Positions 21,760-33,900 of a stretch of DNA of 64,000 nucleotides are shown one piece after another. The notes beneath the pieces are model-generated. The model was not told the origin of the DNA. It searched no databases and saw only the letters and a list, made by a program, of their open reading frames with translations. A program made the translations under genes and the position numbers. Each line of letters begins with the position of its first letter. Within the stretch, counting starts at the first letter, position 1. The DNA is from Candidatus Krumholzibacteriia bacterium (GTDB lineage: Bacteria > Krumholzibacteriota > Krumholzibacteriia > Krumholzibacteriales > Krumholzibacteriaceae), in NCBI GenBank assembly GCA_963836185.1, contig CAWIIQ010000003.1, positions 224,001-288,000 on the forward strand, in the 5' to 3' direction.

Positions 21760-24660
21760 ATGATGAAGAGAAGTATCAAAAGTAAGACATTCAGAACGGC
21801 AGCACTCTTTGCCGTCCTTGTCATATCGGCAGCTGGAAGTGCCGGCTCTGGCGAGACAGTGATCGAAGGCGGGTTCGAGGGTGGATCGTTCGGTGCGGGC
21901 TGGGTGCATGGCGCGGCAAGGCTCAACGGGAATGAGAACGCCTTATGGGCCGACCATGATGTCGTTCTCGACCTTCCGTACACGGGAACCTGGTCTGCGC
22001 TGCTCGGCTACAAATACACAGCGGTCGCGAAGGACCGCTATGGATACATGTACCAGGAAGTCACGATCCCCGCGGACGCCTCCAGCGCAGTGTTCACCTT
22101 CCGTTACAGGCAGCAGGGATTCGATGGGCGCGCAAACGATCCTTTCGTGGCGGCAGTACGCGACCTGGCGGGCAACGTCCTCGCTACGATCGTCGATGTC
22201 GCCTTCGACGATCAGAGCAGCCACTACAAGGACAGCGGATGGGTCGATGTCACCTACGACATGAGCGCGTTCGCAGGCCAGACGGTACGTCTCGATTTTC
22301 GCCAGCACAACCTCCAGGACAACAGGTTCGAGACGTGGGTCTTCGTCGATGACGTCTCGTGTATATACAGGAAACATGTGGACCTTGCCGTCGACGGAAA
22401 CGGCGACGACGAATTCGGGGCCCCCGGAACAGGATCCGGGGGAATATCTGTTTCCAGCGGCGTGGCGGGTGGGACGGTTACCTACCTCATAGATATCGAG
22501 AACGAAGGTCTCGATATCGACTCCTACACAGTCTCCGCCTCACCCCCCGCCGGCTGGAGCGCCGTAATAAGATACGGCGGGGCCGACTATACCTCTCCAT
22601 GGACCACTTCGGCTGTCGCGCCGGGAACGACGATCTCGGCCGAGGTCATTTTGACTATATCAGCTGGTGCACCGGCAGGCAGCTATTCATCGATAGTCGA
22701 TGCCGTTTCGGTGTCCGATGGAACGAGATACGACAGCGTCACGCTCGGCACCACTATCACTTTAGTCCCGTTCGTGGCCGACCTCGTCATCGACGGTGAC
22801 GGACTGGGCACGATCGATCCCGCCGGAGGAGGCGGATCGTCGTCGGGAAGTGCCTATCCCGGAGCCTTTGTCGACTACGCTATCGAGCTTGTGAACGGCA
22901 GCAGCCAGCAGGACGATTTCACGATCAGCTTCGATTTCGATCCGGGAATAAGCGCAGTAATTATAGACGGAGCCCTGACCCATACGGCTTCGTTCAGTTC
23001 CGGGACGGTCGATTCCGGCGACTCGCGGACATATACGCTTCGCGTGACGGCCGATCCGACCTTTGCAGGAGGGGATTATCTCTCACACGTCTACGCCGCA
23101 TCCTCCGGCGATCCCTCCTCCGTGGACGGCGTCACGGCGACACTGACGGTCATCGCTCCCGTGCTCGACCTGGTCATCGACGGTAACGGAGACGGGATAT
23201 ACGATCCTTCCGGCAACGGCTTCGGTGGTGCGTACACCGTCGACGGCCTTCGTGGCACGACCGTTTATTTTTCGATCGCAGTGCAGAACGAGGGGGGAGT
23301 AGCGGATTCCTACACATTTACCTGGGACAGGCCTTCCGGCAACTGGTCCGCCGTGATCAACGACGGCACAACGGACCACGCTTTCCCGTGGACCTCTCCA
23401 GCCTTCGCTCCGGGTGAGGAGCGGACGTACACGCTCGCCGTCTCTATACCGAATAACGCGGCTTTCAATACCTGGGTATCGATCCTCGATGCAGTATCGG
23501 TCAGCGACGGCAGGATCGCGGAGAGTGTCTCGGCCGTCATCATGGTAAGCGACAAGATCGGGGTAGATGTCATCATCGACGGTAATGGTGACGGGGTTTA
23601 CGGTGGCCAGGGGACGGGAGCGGGCGGGTTGTCCTCCATTATGGCGGCGCCCGGCGACACGGTGACATTCGCGATAGTGGTCGAGAACGAGGGCGGAGTG
23701 GACAGCCACGACATCCAGTGGAACACTCCGGCAGGATGGTCGGTCCTTCTCGATGGGCAAGTCTCCCCGGTAGCCTCGGCGCCGGCGGGAGCCTACACCC
23801 TGCAGGTGATAGTGCCGCTGATGAGCCCGGTCGGGACCTTCGACATAATCCTCGACGCCATAAAGAGCAACAAGAACTTCTATGTCGACAGCGCGACCGG
23901 GCGGATCACCGTAACGGCCTCGCGACTCGTCGACGGTGTGATAGACGGGGCCGGCGACGACATCTTCGGCTCGGCGGGCCTCGGTGACGGCGGAACGTCC
24001 ACGCGCGGGACGGTGGCTGGAGTGGCAGTCGCGTTCATCGTCGAGATCCAGAACCAGGGGACGTTCGATGAGAGCTATACGGTAACGTGGAGCGAGCCGG
24101 CGGGCTGGACCGGGATCCTGGATGGATCGGTGCAGCCTTTCTCGACCGGTGTGATTCCCTCCGGAGGATCCGTGTCATACATCTTCGGGGCGACTGTGCC
24201 ACTGAGCGAGGTGCCTGGAGATTTTGATTATATCATCGATATAGTCTCAATCGACGATCCTCTGAACACGGAGAGCCTCACGGCACGTGTGACGGTTTAT
24301 CCTCCGCCGACGGTCGACCTGGTCAAGGCTGTCGACCTGGCCGCTGCCCAGCCGGGCGAGGTGGTCACCTATACACTTACATACTCGAACCCGAGCGCGG
24401 CGCCCATCATCGAGATCGAGATCGTCGATCCGGTACCGCCCGAGATGGAGCTCGTCCTTGACGCGTACGGCGCGGGGAGCGATATCTCCTGGACGACAGG
24501 GGCGGGCACAGTCTACCTTACGGCCGACCCTGCCGACGCAGATGAGGCCCTCTTCGACCCTGGCACGGGCGTCCTGCAGGTCATCCTCTCGCGGCAGGCA
24601 CCGTACATGCTCTCGACGGGTGAATCAGGCGTCATCGAGTTCCAGGTTAGAGTCAGGTAG
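21760..24660 (+). CDS. Secreted adhesin-like protein: N-terminal beta-sandwich, 5 Ig repeats, terminal DUF11
   Basis: Signal peptide; EGGFE..GW...WVFVDDV (CBM-like); repeats DLxxDGxGD; VDLVKAVD..PGEVVTYTLTYSN..IVDPVP..EFQVRVR*. Confidence 0.8.
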   Translation: MMKRSIKSKTFRTAALFAVLVISAAGSAGSGETVIEGGFEGGSFGAGWVHGAARLNGNENALWADHDVVLDLPYTGTWSALLGYKYTAVAKDRYGYMYQEVTIPADASSAVFTFRYRQQGFDGRANDPFVAAVRDLAGNVLATIVDVAFDDQSSHYKDSGWVDVTYDMSAFAGQTVRLDFRQHNLQDNRFETWVFVDDVSCIYRKHVDLAVDGNGDDEFGAPGTGSGGISVSSGVAGGTVTYLIDIENEGLDIDSYTVSASPPAGWSAVIRYGGADYTSPWTTSAVAPGTTISAEVILTISAGAPAGSYSSIVDAVSVSDGTRYDSVTLGTTITLVPFVADLVIDGDGLGTIDPAGGGGSSSGSAYPGAFVDYAIELVNGSSQQDDFTISFDFDPGISAVIIDGALTHTASFSSGTVDSGDSRTYTLRVTADPTFAGGDYLSHVYAASSGDPSSVDGVTATLTVIAPVLDLVIDGNGDGIYDPSGNGFGGAYTVDGLRGTTVYFSIAVQNEGGVADSYTFTWDRPSGNWSAVINDGTTDHAFPWTSPAFAPGEERTYTLAVSIPNNAAFNTWVSILDAVSVSDGRIAESVSAVIMVSDKIGVDVIIDGNGDGVYGGQGTGAGGLSSIMAAPGDTVTFAIVVENEGGVDSHDIQWNTPAGWSVLLDGQVSPVASAPAGAYTLQVIVPLMSPVGTFDIILDAIKSNKNFYVDSATGRITVTASRLVDGVIDGAGDDIFGSAGLGDGGTSTRGTVAGVAVAFIVEIQNQGTFDESYTVTWSEPAGWTGILDGSVQPFSTGVIPSGGSVSYIFGATVPLSEVPGDFDYIIDIVSIDDPLNTESLTARVTVYPPPTVDLVKAVDLAAAQPGEVVTYTLTYSNPSAAPIIEIEIVDPVPPEMELVLDAYGAGSDISWTTGAGTVYLTADPADADEALFDPGTGVLQVILSRQAPYMLSTGESGVIEFQVRVR
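22381..24300 (+). repeat. Five approximately 130-aa repeats starting D(L/V/G)xxDGxG
   Basis: Starts near 22381, 22780, 23167, 23566, 23932. Confidence 0.75.
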
Positions 24661-24819
24661 TCGGCCGCAGCCGACCGGGCTCTTCATTGCCGACACCCGT
24701 TTTCTGTGCTATAATCCCTATGTAACACCACGGCAGCTTATCCTTTTATTCGGCCCGCGCCAGTGGTCCCTCGACCCTTTACGGCCGGATTACAGTTTCT
24801 GTCATTGTCTGGAGGGGTG

Positions 24820-27800
24820 ATGATGAGACGCGCCCTCGTTCTATTTATTCTCCTGGCTATAATTCCGTCCACAGCACCGGCCCAGTCTCCTGAAATCGGG
24901 CGTATCGCGCTCTACGCCGATTCATTCAGAACATCCAGTGAAGTCGACCTGCCCGAGGCCTACACCTCGTTCGATCTCTACATCTTCTGCCAGCCGAGCG
25001 AAAACGGCATGTCATGCGCCGAGTTCGCCCTGGCCTCTACGACAGGATCGATGGTCGTTGCCGGGGGTGACTGGCACGATGGGTTGTCCGTGACGCTCGG
25101 GGATCTGATGACCGGAGTGAGTGCGTGTTTCGAGGAGTGCCAGACCGACTGGGTCTGTTTAGCCAGGGTGACGATGCTGAACTCTGATACGGACCCGGCT
25201 GTGATAGAGGTAGTGAGACATCCGGAGGCAGGTTACTACCAGTTCAGCAGCTGCCTTCCCGACCGTCCGATCGAACCGGTCTTCTTCGGGCCGGGCCTCT
25301 GTGTCAACTCTGACTGCACGCCTGATACAGATCCTCCCGTACCTGTAAGCATAGCTGTCGAGGACGATCTTCACATGACCCTGTACTTCGATGAAAAGGT
25401 ATTCGAGCCCGACGCTCTGGATCCGGGCAGCTACATCGTCTATTCGACAGAGGGCACACCGGATTCCATCCCTGTCATCTATGCGCTGCTGCGGCCCGAG
25501 GAGGACAGGGTGTGGCTGGTGCTCGGCGAGCATCTCACCGCGGACCCTTACAGGCTGGAGATAAGGGATCTCAGGGATGTCACGGGCAACCCCTCCCTGC
25601 CCGGAACCGGGATAGCGTTCGGCGGCGAGGATACTACTCCTCCCGATCTTCTGTACGCATACGCTCCGGACGATTTCAATGCGATCCTGGTCTTTACCGA
25701 AACGCTCGATCTAGTCTCGGCTGTTGATATCTCGAACTATACGACCGGTTGCGATGGTTGCCCCTCTGTCCCTCAGCCTGTCTCCGTGTCGATGAGGTCC
25801 GACGGCAGAAGTGTGTCACTGGCCCTCGACCGGCAGATGGACCAGGAGTGGATATACAACGTCACGGCCGGGGGTATCTTCGACATCTCGGGTAATGAGA
25901 TGGCTGCGCCTGTAACGGTCTTTTTCAAGGCGCCCGATACGACCCCGCCATCTATCGGCGAGGTATCGATCTCGTCGGATACCACGTTGAGGATACTCTG
26001 GAGCGAGACGCTCGATCCCGCATCGGCGGTCGATCTGGAGAACTACTCCTTTTTCAGGGACGGGCCGCCGGCCGAGCCGATGAATCTTGTATCAGCCGAA
26101 CTTTTCGGCGGCATCCATGTCAGTCTCGATTTCGAGCCCGCGATAGAGATCGATTGCGGGTATACACTGTTTGTAAGCGGGGTGACGGACAGCTCGATGA
26201 ATGTGATGCTTCCCGACACCTTATATGTAACACCTCTGGATACGATCCCTCCGGTCCTGCTCGGCGCTGAATGCATGGGGCTCCGGGACGTCGACCTGAC
26301 ATTCGACGAACCGGTCGATCCATCGGTGGCGGGAGCGACCGGATTTTTCCAGGTCTATCCGGCGGGAGATCCGGGGACTCTCCTTGATATAGACGGGATC
26401 TCTCTCTATCTCGGTGATACGGTAACCCGCCTTCATCTGATCGATGACCTCGCACACGGGATGAGTTACACGGCCCGCGTCATCAGCATCCGTGACCCGG
26501 CCGGGAACTCACTGCCCTCTCAGCAGCGCGATTTTACCTGTTACGACATATATTCCCCCGAAGTCCTCGAGATATTCCTGTCCGACCTCACGCATGTAAA
26601 TATCCGGTTCGATGAGATGGTCGATGGCGCGGCGGAACAGACGGCCAGCTATATCCTCCGTGAAGCGGCCGATTCCACTGCCGTGGTCGATCTGGCCTCT
26701 GCCGCCCTTTTCGATGGAGCGACGCGGGCAGTGCTGATAACGGCGGCGCCCCTCGGTATTGGCGAGATGTATATCCTGAAGATGAGCGGGATAGGGGACA
26801 TGATCGGGAATATGGTCGACCCGGACACTTCTTGGACCTTTATCGCTGAAGATACGGTCGATCCGGTCCTTCTCGGCCTTACCGTGACCAGCGACAGCAT
26901 CATCCATCTGGAATTCAACGAGCCCCTCGACCCGGCGGCGGCTGAGGATATCGCGAAATATGCCGTCGTGGAAACGGGCGACACATCAGTCAGGCTGCCG
27001 CTCCAGTCGGCATCGCTCGATCCGGCCGGCACTACGGCAGATCTCGAGATCGACGGGCGCGCAGCGATCGGGACGACGTACGCCGTCTGGATCGCCGGTG
27101 TGACGGATGTAGCGGGAAACGCATTCTACGGGGCCTCCGGCGACTTCCAATTCATCGACGACATCCCTCCGCGCCTGCTCTCCGTTGCCGGGGTGACGAC
27201 GAGGGATGTCATCGTCTTTTTCGATGAAGCGGTCACGGACGCCACGGCCGGTGACGAGCTCAACTACAGGCTGTATCCGACGGGCGACCCGGCATCAGAG
27301 GTCGGCATATTCCAGGCCGACAGACTCGCGGACCAGGTGACCGTCAAGCTCATGCTTTTCGAGGACCTCGCTCAGGGTACGGACTACACCCTCGATGTCG
27401 CCGATATCATGGACCTTGCCGGACATGCCATCGAGCCGGTTTCGATCGAGTTTCATTTCCTCGACCTCTTTCCGCCGGGGATCGTGGATGTGGACCTGAT
27501 CGACCCTTCGAGGCTGTCGATAGAGTTCGACGAACCTGTCGATTCGGTGACGGCAAGTGATATCAGGCAACTACGATGTATATCTGAGTTCTGATCCATC
27601 TGAGCTGATATCTGTGAATTCGATAGACTGGATGACCGGCGAGGTCCGGCTGAACCTCGCTACCGAGCCCCAGCCGAACGTTGACTACACGGTAAGGATC
27701 GATGGGGTCGAGGACCGGTTCGGCAATGCCTGCAGTGGACTCTACGGAAGCTTCAGGCGTGATGTCCTCGCGCCGTCGACAAAGATGTACCTCTTCGCCG

Positions 27801-28771
27801 ATGAATACAGGAGCACACACGATGTAGATGCCGATGTTCTTTACCAGCCTTTCAGTTATTACGTCTGGCTCGAGCCCGGCGGCAACGGAGTCTTCAGCGT
27901 CGATTACTCCCTGAGCGGGCCGGAGACGTATGTCCCGATAGGTATAGAGATGAATCCTGCCTGTGTGTCCGGGGTCCTTGGGGACCCCTGGATCGGGCAC
28001 ACCGTCGAGCTGTCGGTCTGTGAGCACGACTGGCTCTGGATCGCCCGGATCGACTGTATCTGTATCGATCCTGGAGAGCAGGAGGTAGTATGGATCGTGC
28101 CGCATCCCGGCGAGGGAGCGGTACAGGTCGCTTCATGCCTGGCAGGAAATCCGGTGGAGCAGGTGGTGGCGACATACCCGCTGCTCATAAACGCTGTTTA
28201 CATAGGCACGATGCTGGAGAGCTGGGACGTATCGCTGAGTGGCGGCGGTATCGAGCTGACCTGGTCGATCCTCCAGGCGGCGGGTTCGCCGGGGTTCGAG
28301 GTCTCACGAAGTTCCGAAGGCGCTGATATGTGGCAGAACCTCGACAGCGAGCTGATCCGCGGCGACGGCCTGAACTATTCGATGCTCGACATCGATGTCG
28401 AGTTCGGCCTGTCGTACAGGTACCGGGTCGAATGTGTCGAGGATGACGGGCGAAAGATCCTTTTCGAAACAGGTCCGGTCGCGACCCCGGCCATGCCGCT
28501 CACGCTCAGGCAGAACAATCCCAACCCGTTCAATCCTTCGACCCGCATCGAATTCCTCCTGCCGCGTCCCGGCCACGTCCGCATCGAGGTGTTCGATGTC
28601 AACGGGAGGCTGATCAGGGTCCTCGCCGACGGGCACTTAGCGAGCGGCGGGCATTCGGTCGACTGGGACGGACGGGACCGCACAGGCACGATGGTATCGT
28701 CGGGAGTATATTTCTACAGGCTGACGGCGGGGAAAGAGAGCCTGTCGCGGAAAATGGTGCTTCTGCGGTGA
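24820..28771 (+). CDS. Secreted protein with 8 Big_5/SbsA-like Ig repeats and FlgD/T9SS-type tail (frameshift about 27565)
   Basis: Signal peptide; eight DxxPP...F(D/N)E...NY...D.(A/S)GN repeats; QNNPNPFNP...KMVLLR. Confidence 0.85.
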
Positions 28772-28774
28772 TGA

Positions 28775-29908
28775 TCAGACCGAGCCGACTGTCTCCCTGA
28801 CAGCCTCGATCACGTACTCGACCTCTTCGTCGGTCAGCTTCGGGTAGAGTGGAAGGCTGATCGTCCGCACGCCGATCTCCTCGGCCACCGGGAACATCCC
28901 CTCCCTGAATCCGAACCTCTCCCTGTAATAGGTCATCTGGTGGACAGGGACGAAGTTTATCGATACGCCGACTCCGCGCTCCTGGAGGCCGTTCATCACG
29001 GCGTCCCTTTTGGCGGGATCGACGAGGATCGTCAGAAGGTGGTAGGCGTGCATGGCCTCGGGCCTTGTCGTATGGAGATCGATCCCGTCGATAGCGGAGA
29101 ACGCCTCGGTGTACCGGTCGAATATCTCTTTTCTCCGGGCGCTGTACCCGCCGATCTTCTTGAGCTGCTCGATCAGTATCGCTGCATGGATCGAGTCCAT
29201 GTTGTATTTCCAGCCGAACATGCCGATGTCGTACTTCTCGTAATTACTCGTGTACCTGTCGACGGCGAGCTGGTTGAACCCGTGAAGGCGCAGCATGTTG
29301 ACCAGTTCGTACTGCTTCTCGTCGGCGACTGTTACGGCGCCGCCCTCTCCCGAGGTGATGTTCTTTGTCGCGTAGAAGCTGAAGGCGGCATATTCGCCAT
29401 AATGCCCCGGCGCTTTCCCGTTCCATTTCGCCTCGATAGCGTGAGCGGCGTCCTCGACGATAAATAGGCCGTGCCTGTCGGCCACCGCCCTGAGTGCGTC
29501 CATGTCGCACATCTGCCCGTAGAGATGGACGGGGATTATCGCCTTCGTGCGCTCCGTGACTGCGGCTTCGACTGCCTCAGGGTCGATATTACCGGTGCCC
29601 CGGTCGACGTCGGTGAGAACAGGCGTCGCTCCTGCCATCAGCGCCGCGTTGGGAGAGCCGATGAATGTGAGCGTAGACGTGATGACCTCGTCGCCCGGCT
29701 GAACGCCGCCGGCGAGCAGGGCGAGCTGCATGGCCGCGGTGCAGCTCGTCACCGCGACTGTATGCGGCAGATCGAGATACTTCGCGAAGTCGTTTTCGAA
29801 TTCGTAGACGGCTTTGCCTGTCGTGATGAACAGGGAGCCGAGTACTTCACGCAGCCTGTTGAGCTCCTCTTCTTCGATGCCATGTTTGAAAAACTCGACC
29901 TTTTTCAA
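28775..29908 (-). CDS. DegT/DnrJ/EryC1/StrS PLP aminotransferase
   Basis: SCTAA, IIPVHLYG, EDAAHA, FSFYATKNITSGEGG. Confidence 0.93.
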   Translation of the reverse strand: MKKVEFFKHGIEEEELNRLREVLGSLFITTGKAVYEFENDFAKYLDLPHTVAVTSCTAAMQLALLAGGVQPGDEVITSTLTFIGSPNAALMAGATPVLTDVDRGTGNIDPEAVEAAVTERTKAIIPVHLYGQMCDMDALRAVADRHGLFIVEDAAHAIEAKWNGKAPGHYGEYAAFSFYATKNITSGEGGAVTVADEKQYELVNMLRLHGFNQLAVDRYTSNYEKYDIGMFGWKYNMDSIHAAILIEQLKKIGGYSARRKEIFDRYTEAFSAIDGIDLHTTRPEAMHAYHLLTILVDPAKRDAVMNGLQERGVGVSINFVPVHQMTYYRERFGFREGMFPVAEEIGVRTISLPLYPKLTDEEVEYVIEAVRETVGSV

Positions 29909-30849
29909 TCCGTGCTCCCTTTCTCCCCGTCAACGCGATGTTCTTCAGCGAACGCGCCTCTGTCCGGGTCAACATGAACGAGGACCTTGTCGACGTCCTC
30001 GAATTTTCCGGTTATCACCTCGACTACATCGTCGATGATATCATGAGCCTCTGCAACGGTCATGCCGGGATCTACCACAATATGCAGTTCCATCCGTATC
30101 CGCCGCGCGTAATATCTCGCCATGATGTCGTGACACTGCCGTACGCCGGGCACCCGTTCCACGCTGATCCTGACCGCGCCTATGAACTCGGCCGAGGGTG
30201 CCGTGTCGACTATCTTCCGCAGCGCGCTCCAGAGGATGCCGGCCGCTACGCGCACGATGAAGAAGGACACAAAGAGCGCCGCGTATGAATCGAGCACCCG
30301 CAGGCGCGGCACGAAGACGGCGGCCGATACTCCGACGAGAGTGACGACCGATGACCACGCGTCGCTGCGGTGGTGCCAGGCGTTGGCGATCAGCGCTTCG
30401 CTTCCGACGCGCCTGCCGATCCTGACGGTGACCTGGTAGAGGGCCTCCTTGGCGACGACCGAGAGGCCCGCGATGATTATCGTGAAAAGGTGAGGCGCCG
30501 AGATGTCGCCCCTGTAGATCGCTATGGCCGACTCATATCCTATCTTCGTCGCGGCGGCGAGAAGAAGCAGGCCGACTCCGACAGCAGCGAGGGTCTCGAT
30601 CTTGCCGTGGCCGTAGGGATGCTCCTCGTCCTCCTCCTTGCCGAGGAAATGAAGGCCGACGAGCACGATGAAGTCCGATACGAGGTCGGAGATAGAGTGG
30701 ACCGCGTCGGCGATCAGGGCGCGGCTCCGTCCTGCCAGGCCGCCCCACAGTTTGAGCGCAATAAGGACGGCATTGACGCCTATCCCCACCCAGGTGATCC
30801 TTCGGCCTTCCTCGAGGTCGTGATGATGATCGTGTGAGTGCCCGCCCAT
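29905..30849 (-). CDS. Cation diffusion facilitator (FieF-like) transporter
   Basis: His-rich N-terminus, ADAVHSISD, HPYGHGKIE, AWHHRSD, C-terminal VHVDP. Confidence 0.93.
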   Translation of the reverse strand: MGGHSHDHHHDLEEGRRITWVGIGVNAVLIALKLWGGLAGRSRALIADAVHSISDLVSDFIVLVGLHFLGKEEDEEHPYGHGKIETLAAVGVGLLLLAAATKIGYESAIAIYRGDISAPHLFTIIIAGLSVVAKEALYQVTVRIGRRVGSEALIANAWHHRSDAWSSVVTLVGVSAAVFVPRLRVLDSYAALFVSFFIVRVAAGILWSALRKIVDTAPSAEFIGAVRISVERVPGVRQCHDIMARYYARRIRMELHIVVDPGMTVAEAHDIIDDVVEVITGKFEDVDKVLVHVDPDRGAFAEEHRVDGEKGSTD

Positions 30850-30875
30850 TCATTCTCCGTAAGCTTCTATAATGC

Positions 30876-30901
30876 AGGGCCGCCCTGTAAGGGGCGGCCC
30901 G
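30876..30901 (-). terminator. Terminator hairpin after C1 protease gene
   Basis: gggccgccc-tgtaag-gggcggccc. Confidence 0.7.
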
Positions 30902-30938
30902 TTGTTATGGTCTCGTTATGCGGATTCTACAGCCCGTA

Positions 30939-33900
30939 TCAGCGGAGGTAAACCATCTTTCTCGTCTGCGTGAACTTGCCGGTGCTGATCTTCGCGAAGT
31001 AGACCCCGGAGGTCACGGCTCTTCCGGCATCGTCCTTGCCGTTCCATTCGGTGACGTGCCTGCCTGACGGCCTCGATACCGCCGTCTCGACCGTTTTGAT
31101 AAGCCTTCCAGCCGTATCGTAGATACGCAGGTCGACGACCCCGGCTTCGGCCAGGGTATACGCGATGTTCGTCACGCCGTTGAACGGGTTGGGGTAGTTC
31201 TGTTCGAGAGACGTTACGTATACAGGCGTCTCTTCCTCTTCCCCCTCTTCTTCGCCGATCGAGGTCTGGTCCTTCACGGAGAAGTATTCCTCGCTGATCC
31301 CTTCGCCCGTATTGAGCGACGGATCATAGGCGACGATCCTGATCACGCACGAGTCGGCGTCCATCATCGGGATCACCCACTCGCACAGCGAGTCGTTCGG
31401 TTCGCTGCTGAAGAGGATCTCGTAGTCGGCGCCGGCGTTGACCGACAGCCAGATGCTGACCGAATCGACAGCGTCGTTATCGGTCGCTATCCATTCGATC
31501 CCCATCGTATGCCCGACGTAGAATCTCTGTGATCCGTTCGGGTGGACGACCTGTACTACGGGATCGATATCATCGCCGGATGTGCAGTCGCCGGTGATGT
31601 TCGACCAGCCGCCGCTGTATCCCGCCGCGTTGACCGCGGCGATCCGGTAGTACGTGCAGACGGTCGGCGGCACATGGTCGAAGGTAGCCTCTGTCGACGG
31701 GACCGTCCCGAGCAGGGTCGCTACGCCTGGTGTAAAGCTGGACGAAGGTGATCCGTATATGTGGTAAAGGTCCGCATCCGGGAGCCCTGTCCAGCTGACC
31801 TGCAGGGTCGTATCATCGAGGGTCGAGGCCTGAAGGTCGCTGACGAAGGTGGGAGCGGCGAAATCGGCCGCCGGCCCTCCGAACGCTCCCTGGTCCGCTC
31901 TCGATCCGTCGGGGTCGGAAGGTCCCGCTGGGTCGCCCGCGTCGATAGCTCCGGAATGAGATCCGAGATGATAGTCGAAAGCAGTCGTGTCGGCATAGAA
32001 CGGATCGCTTCCCGCGTTCGTCCCGTCGGGGGTCACGACGTAGTAATCGGCGGGCGAGTTGCCGAAGGCGTTGTTGTATCTGAAGTCGATGTTATCCAGG
32101 CTGATCGCCTGGAACCCGTAACCGGTGCCGAAGGTGAAGAGATTGTTCTTCACGGTCATCGTCACGGTTGTGCCGAGCATCGTGTTGCCGCCGCCGTACA
32201 GGGCTGTGTTGCGGTCGAAGACGCTGTGTTCGATACTGCCCCAGAGGCTGTCCGCGTATAGCCCTCCGCCTATCAATGACGCTTCGTTCGCCGCCAGGAT
32301 CGAGTTGTCGATATCAATCGAGGCGTAACCGTGATAGATGCCGCCGCCCATCGAACCGGCGGTGTTGCCCGAGATGAACACGGCTGAGGCTGAGAGCCCT
32401 GCACGTTCGGTGCAGATCCCGCCGCCCGACGCGTTGCATGTGTTCGAGGATATCGTGTCGCCGTCGAGGGAGATCGAACCGAACTTCGCAAAAATCCCGC
32501 CTCCATTGACGTAACCGCTGCAGTCCTCGATCACGTTGCCGGACAACGCGGCATCCGAGTACAGGGAGAATATCCCGCCGCCGTTCTTCGTGCCGTTATA
32601 CTCGAGGAAGGGGGAGGTCCCGCTGATCGTGTTGCCCGTGATCACGGCCGATGCCTGATAGAGGTATATCCCGCCGCCGCTCTGCGCGACACAGTTGCTG
32701 ATCGTGTTGCCCGCTATCGTCACGGTCCCGTCGTAGCAGGCGATTCCGCCTCCGCCGCTGAACTGCGAGGCGTTTATATATCCGCAATCAGTTATGATGT
32801 TCCCTGTGATCGTCGGTGAGGCGATGTATGCGAAGATGCCGCCGCCGTAGATCCCGTTTTCGGGGAGCTGCGCGCTCTTGCCGGACCCGCCGGTGATGGT
32901 GAATCCGTCGATGCCGCAGAAACCGTCGATATTCATGAAGGCGACGACGCTTCCGGGGTACTGTAAGGGTAGTCACATTCACGGACGGGTCGCGCGACTC
33001 GAATCCAGCGTCCCATCCTCCGAGAAGCATTACGGCTTTTTCGACTACCACGGGGTCATTGTAGGTCGCGGCGGCGACCATGATCGTATCGCCGTCCCAC
33101 GCGACGTCTTCCGCGTCCTGGATATCGCGGGCCGCCCACTCGGGCAGCGAGTACGGGAAGATGTTGTTGCCCGTGGGCGAGACGTAACGGTAAGGCTTAC
33201 CGATGATCCTGAAATCAGCCCTCGCTCGCGTCCGAGCCTCCGACCTCTCCTTCGGAATACGCGACGACCTTGATACGCATCGTGCGGACGGGCCATTCGG
33301 GAACGGTCCACATGTAGCTTGTCGCAAGGCTGTCAAGGCCGGTGACTATCGTCGAGTCGAAGCTCGCCCCGCTGTTGAGGCTCGCGAAGACGCTGATCGA
33401 ATCGGGGGTCTGGCGCGAGGTGGCCCAGGTGATCTCGAATTCCTCGCCGACATCGAGTTCCTCGCCGCCGTTGGGCGAGGTCACGTTGACGAAGATCCTG
33501 GCCGGGATGTAGTCGGGCACATATACGGAGCCTTCGCCGATGCCGCAGGCTCCGTACGCGATGTATGCGTATCCGTTGTCGCCCCAGCTGAGTCCCCAGC
33601 TGTTCTTGACTATCCACGCGCCCTGGCCGCCGCACAGGTTGTCGTTCCAGCCGACGATGAGCATCGCGTGGTTCGGCTGGCTGGCGTCGTCGTAGCTCCA
33701 GCATCCGCCTGTGTAGTCGTAGAAGTTGTTGTGGACGTAGAAGGATGACGTGACCGGGCCGTAGTCGAATATTGCCTGCTTCACGGCGTCGACGGTCCTG
33801 GGGACATCGTAATATTCGGGGCCTATCCTGGCCTGAGGCTCGCAAAGGTCCTGCCTGCAAGTATGGCCGTCTGATTCCGTATAGGGCATGCAGGCCTCCG

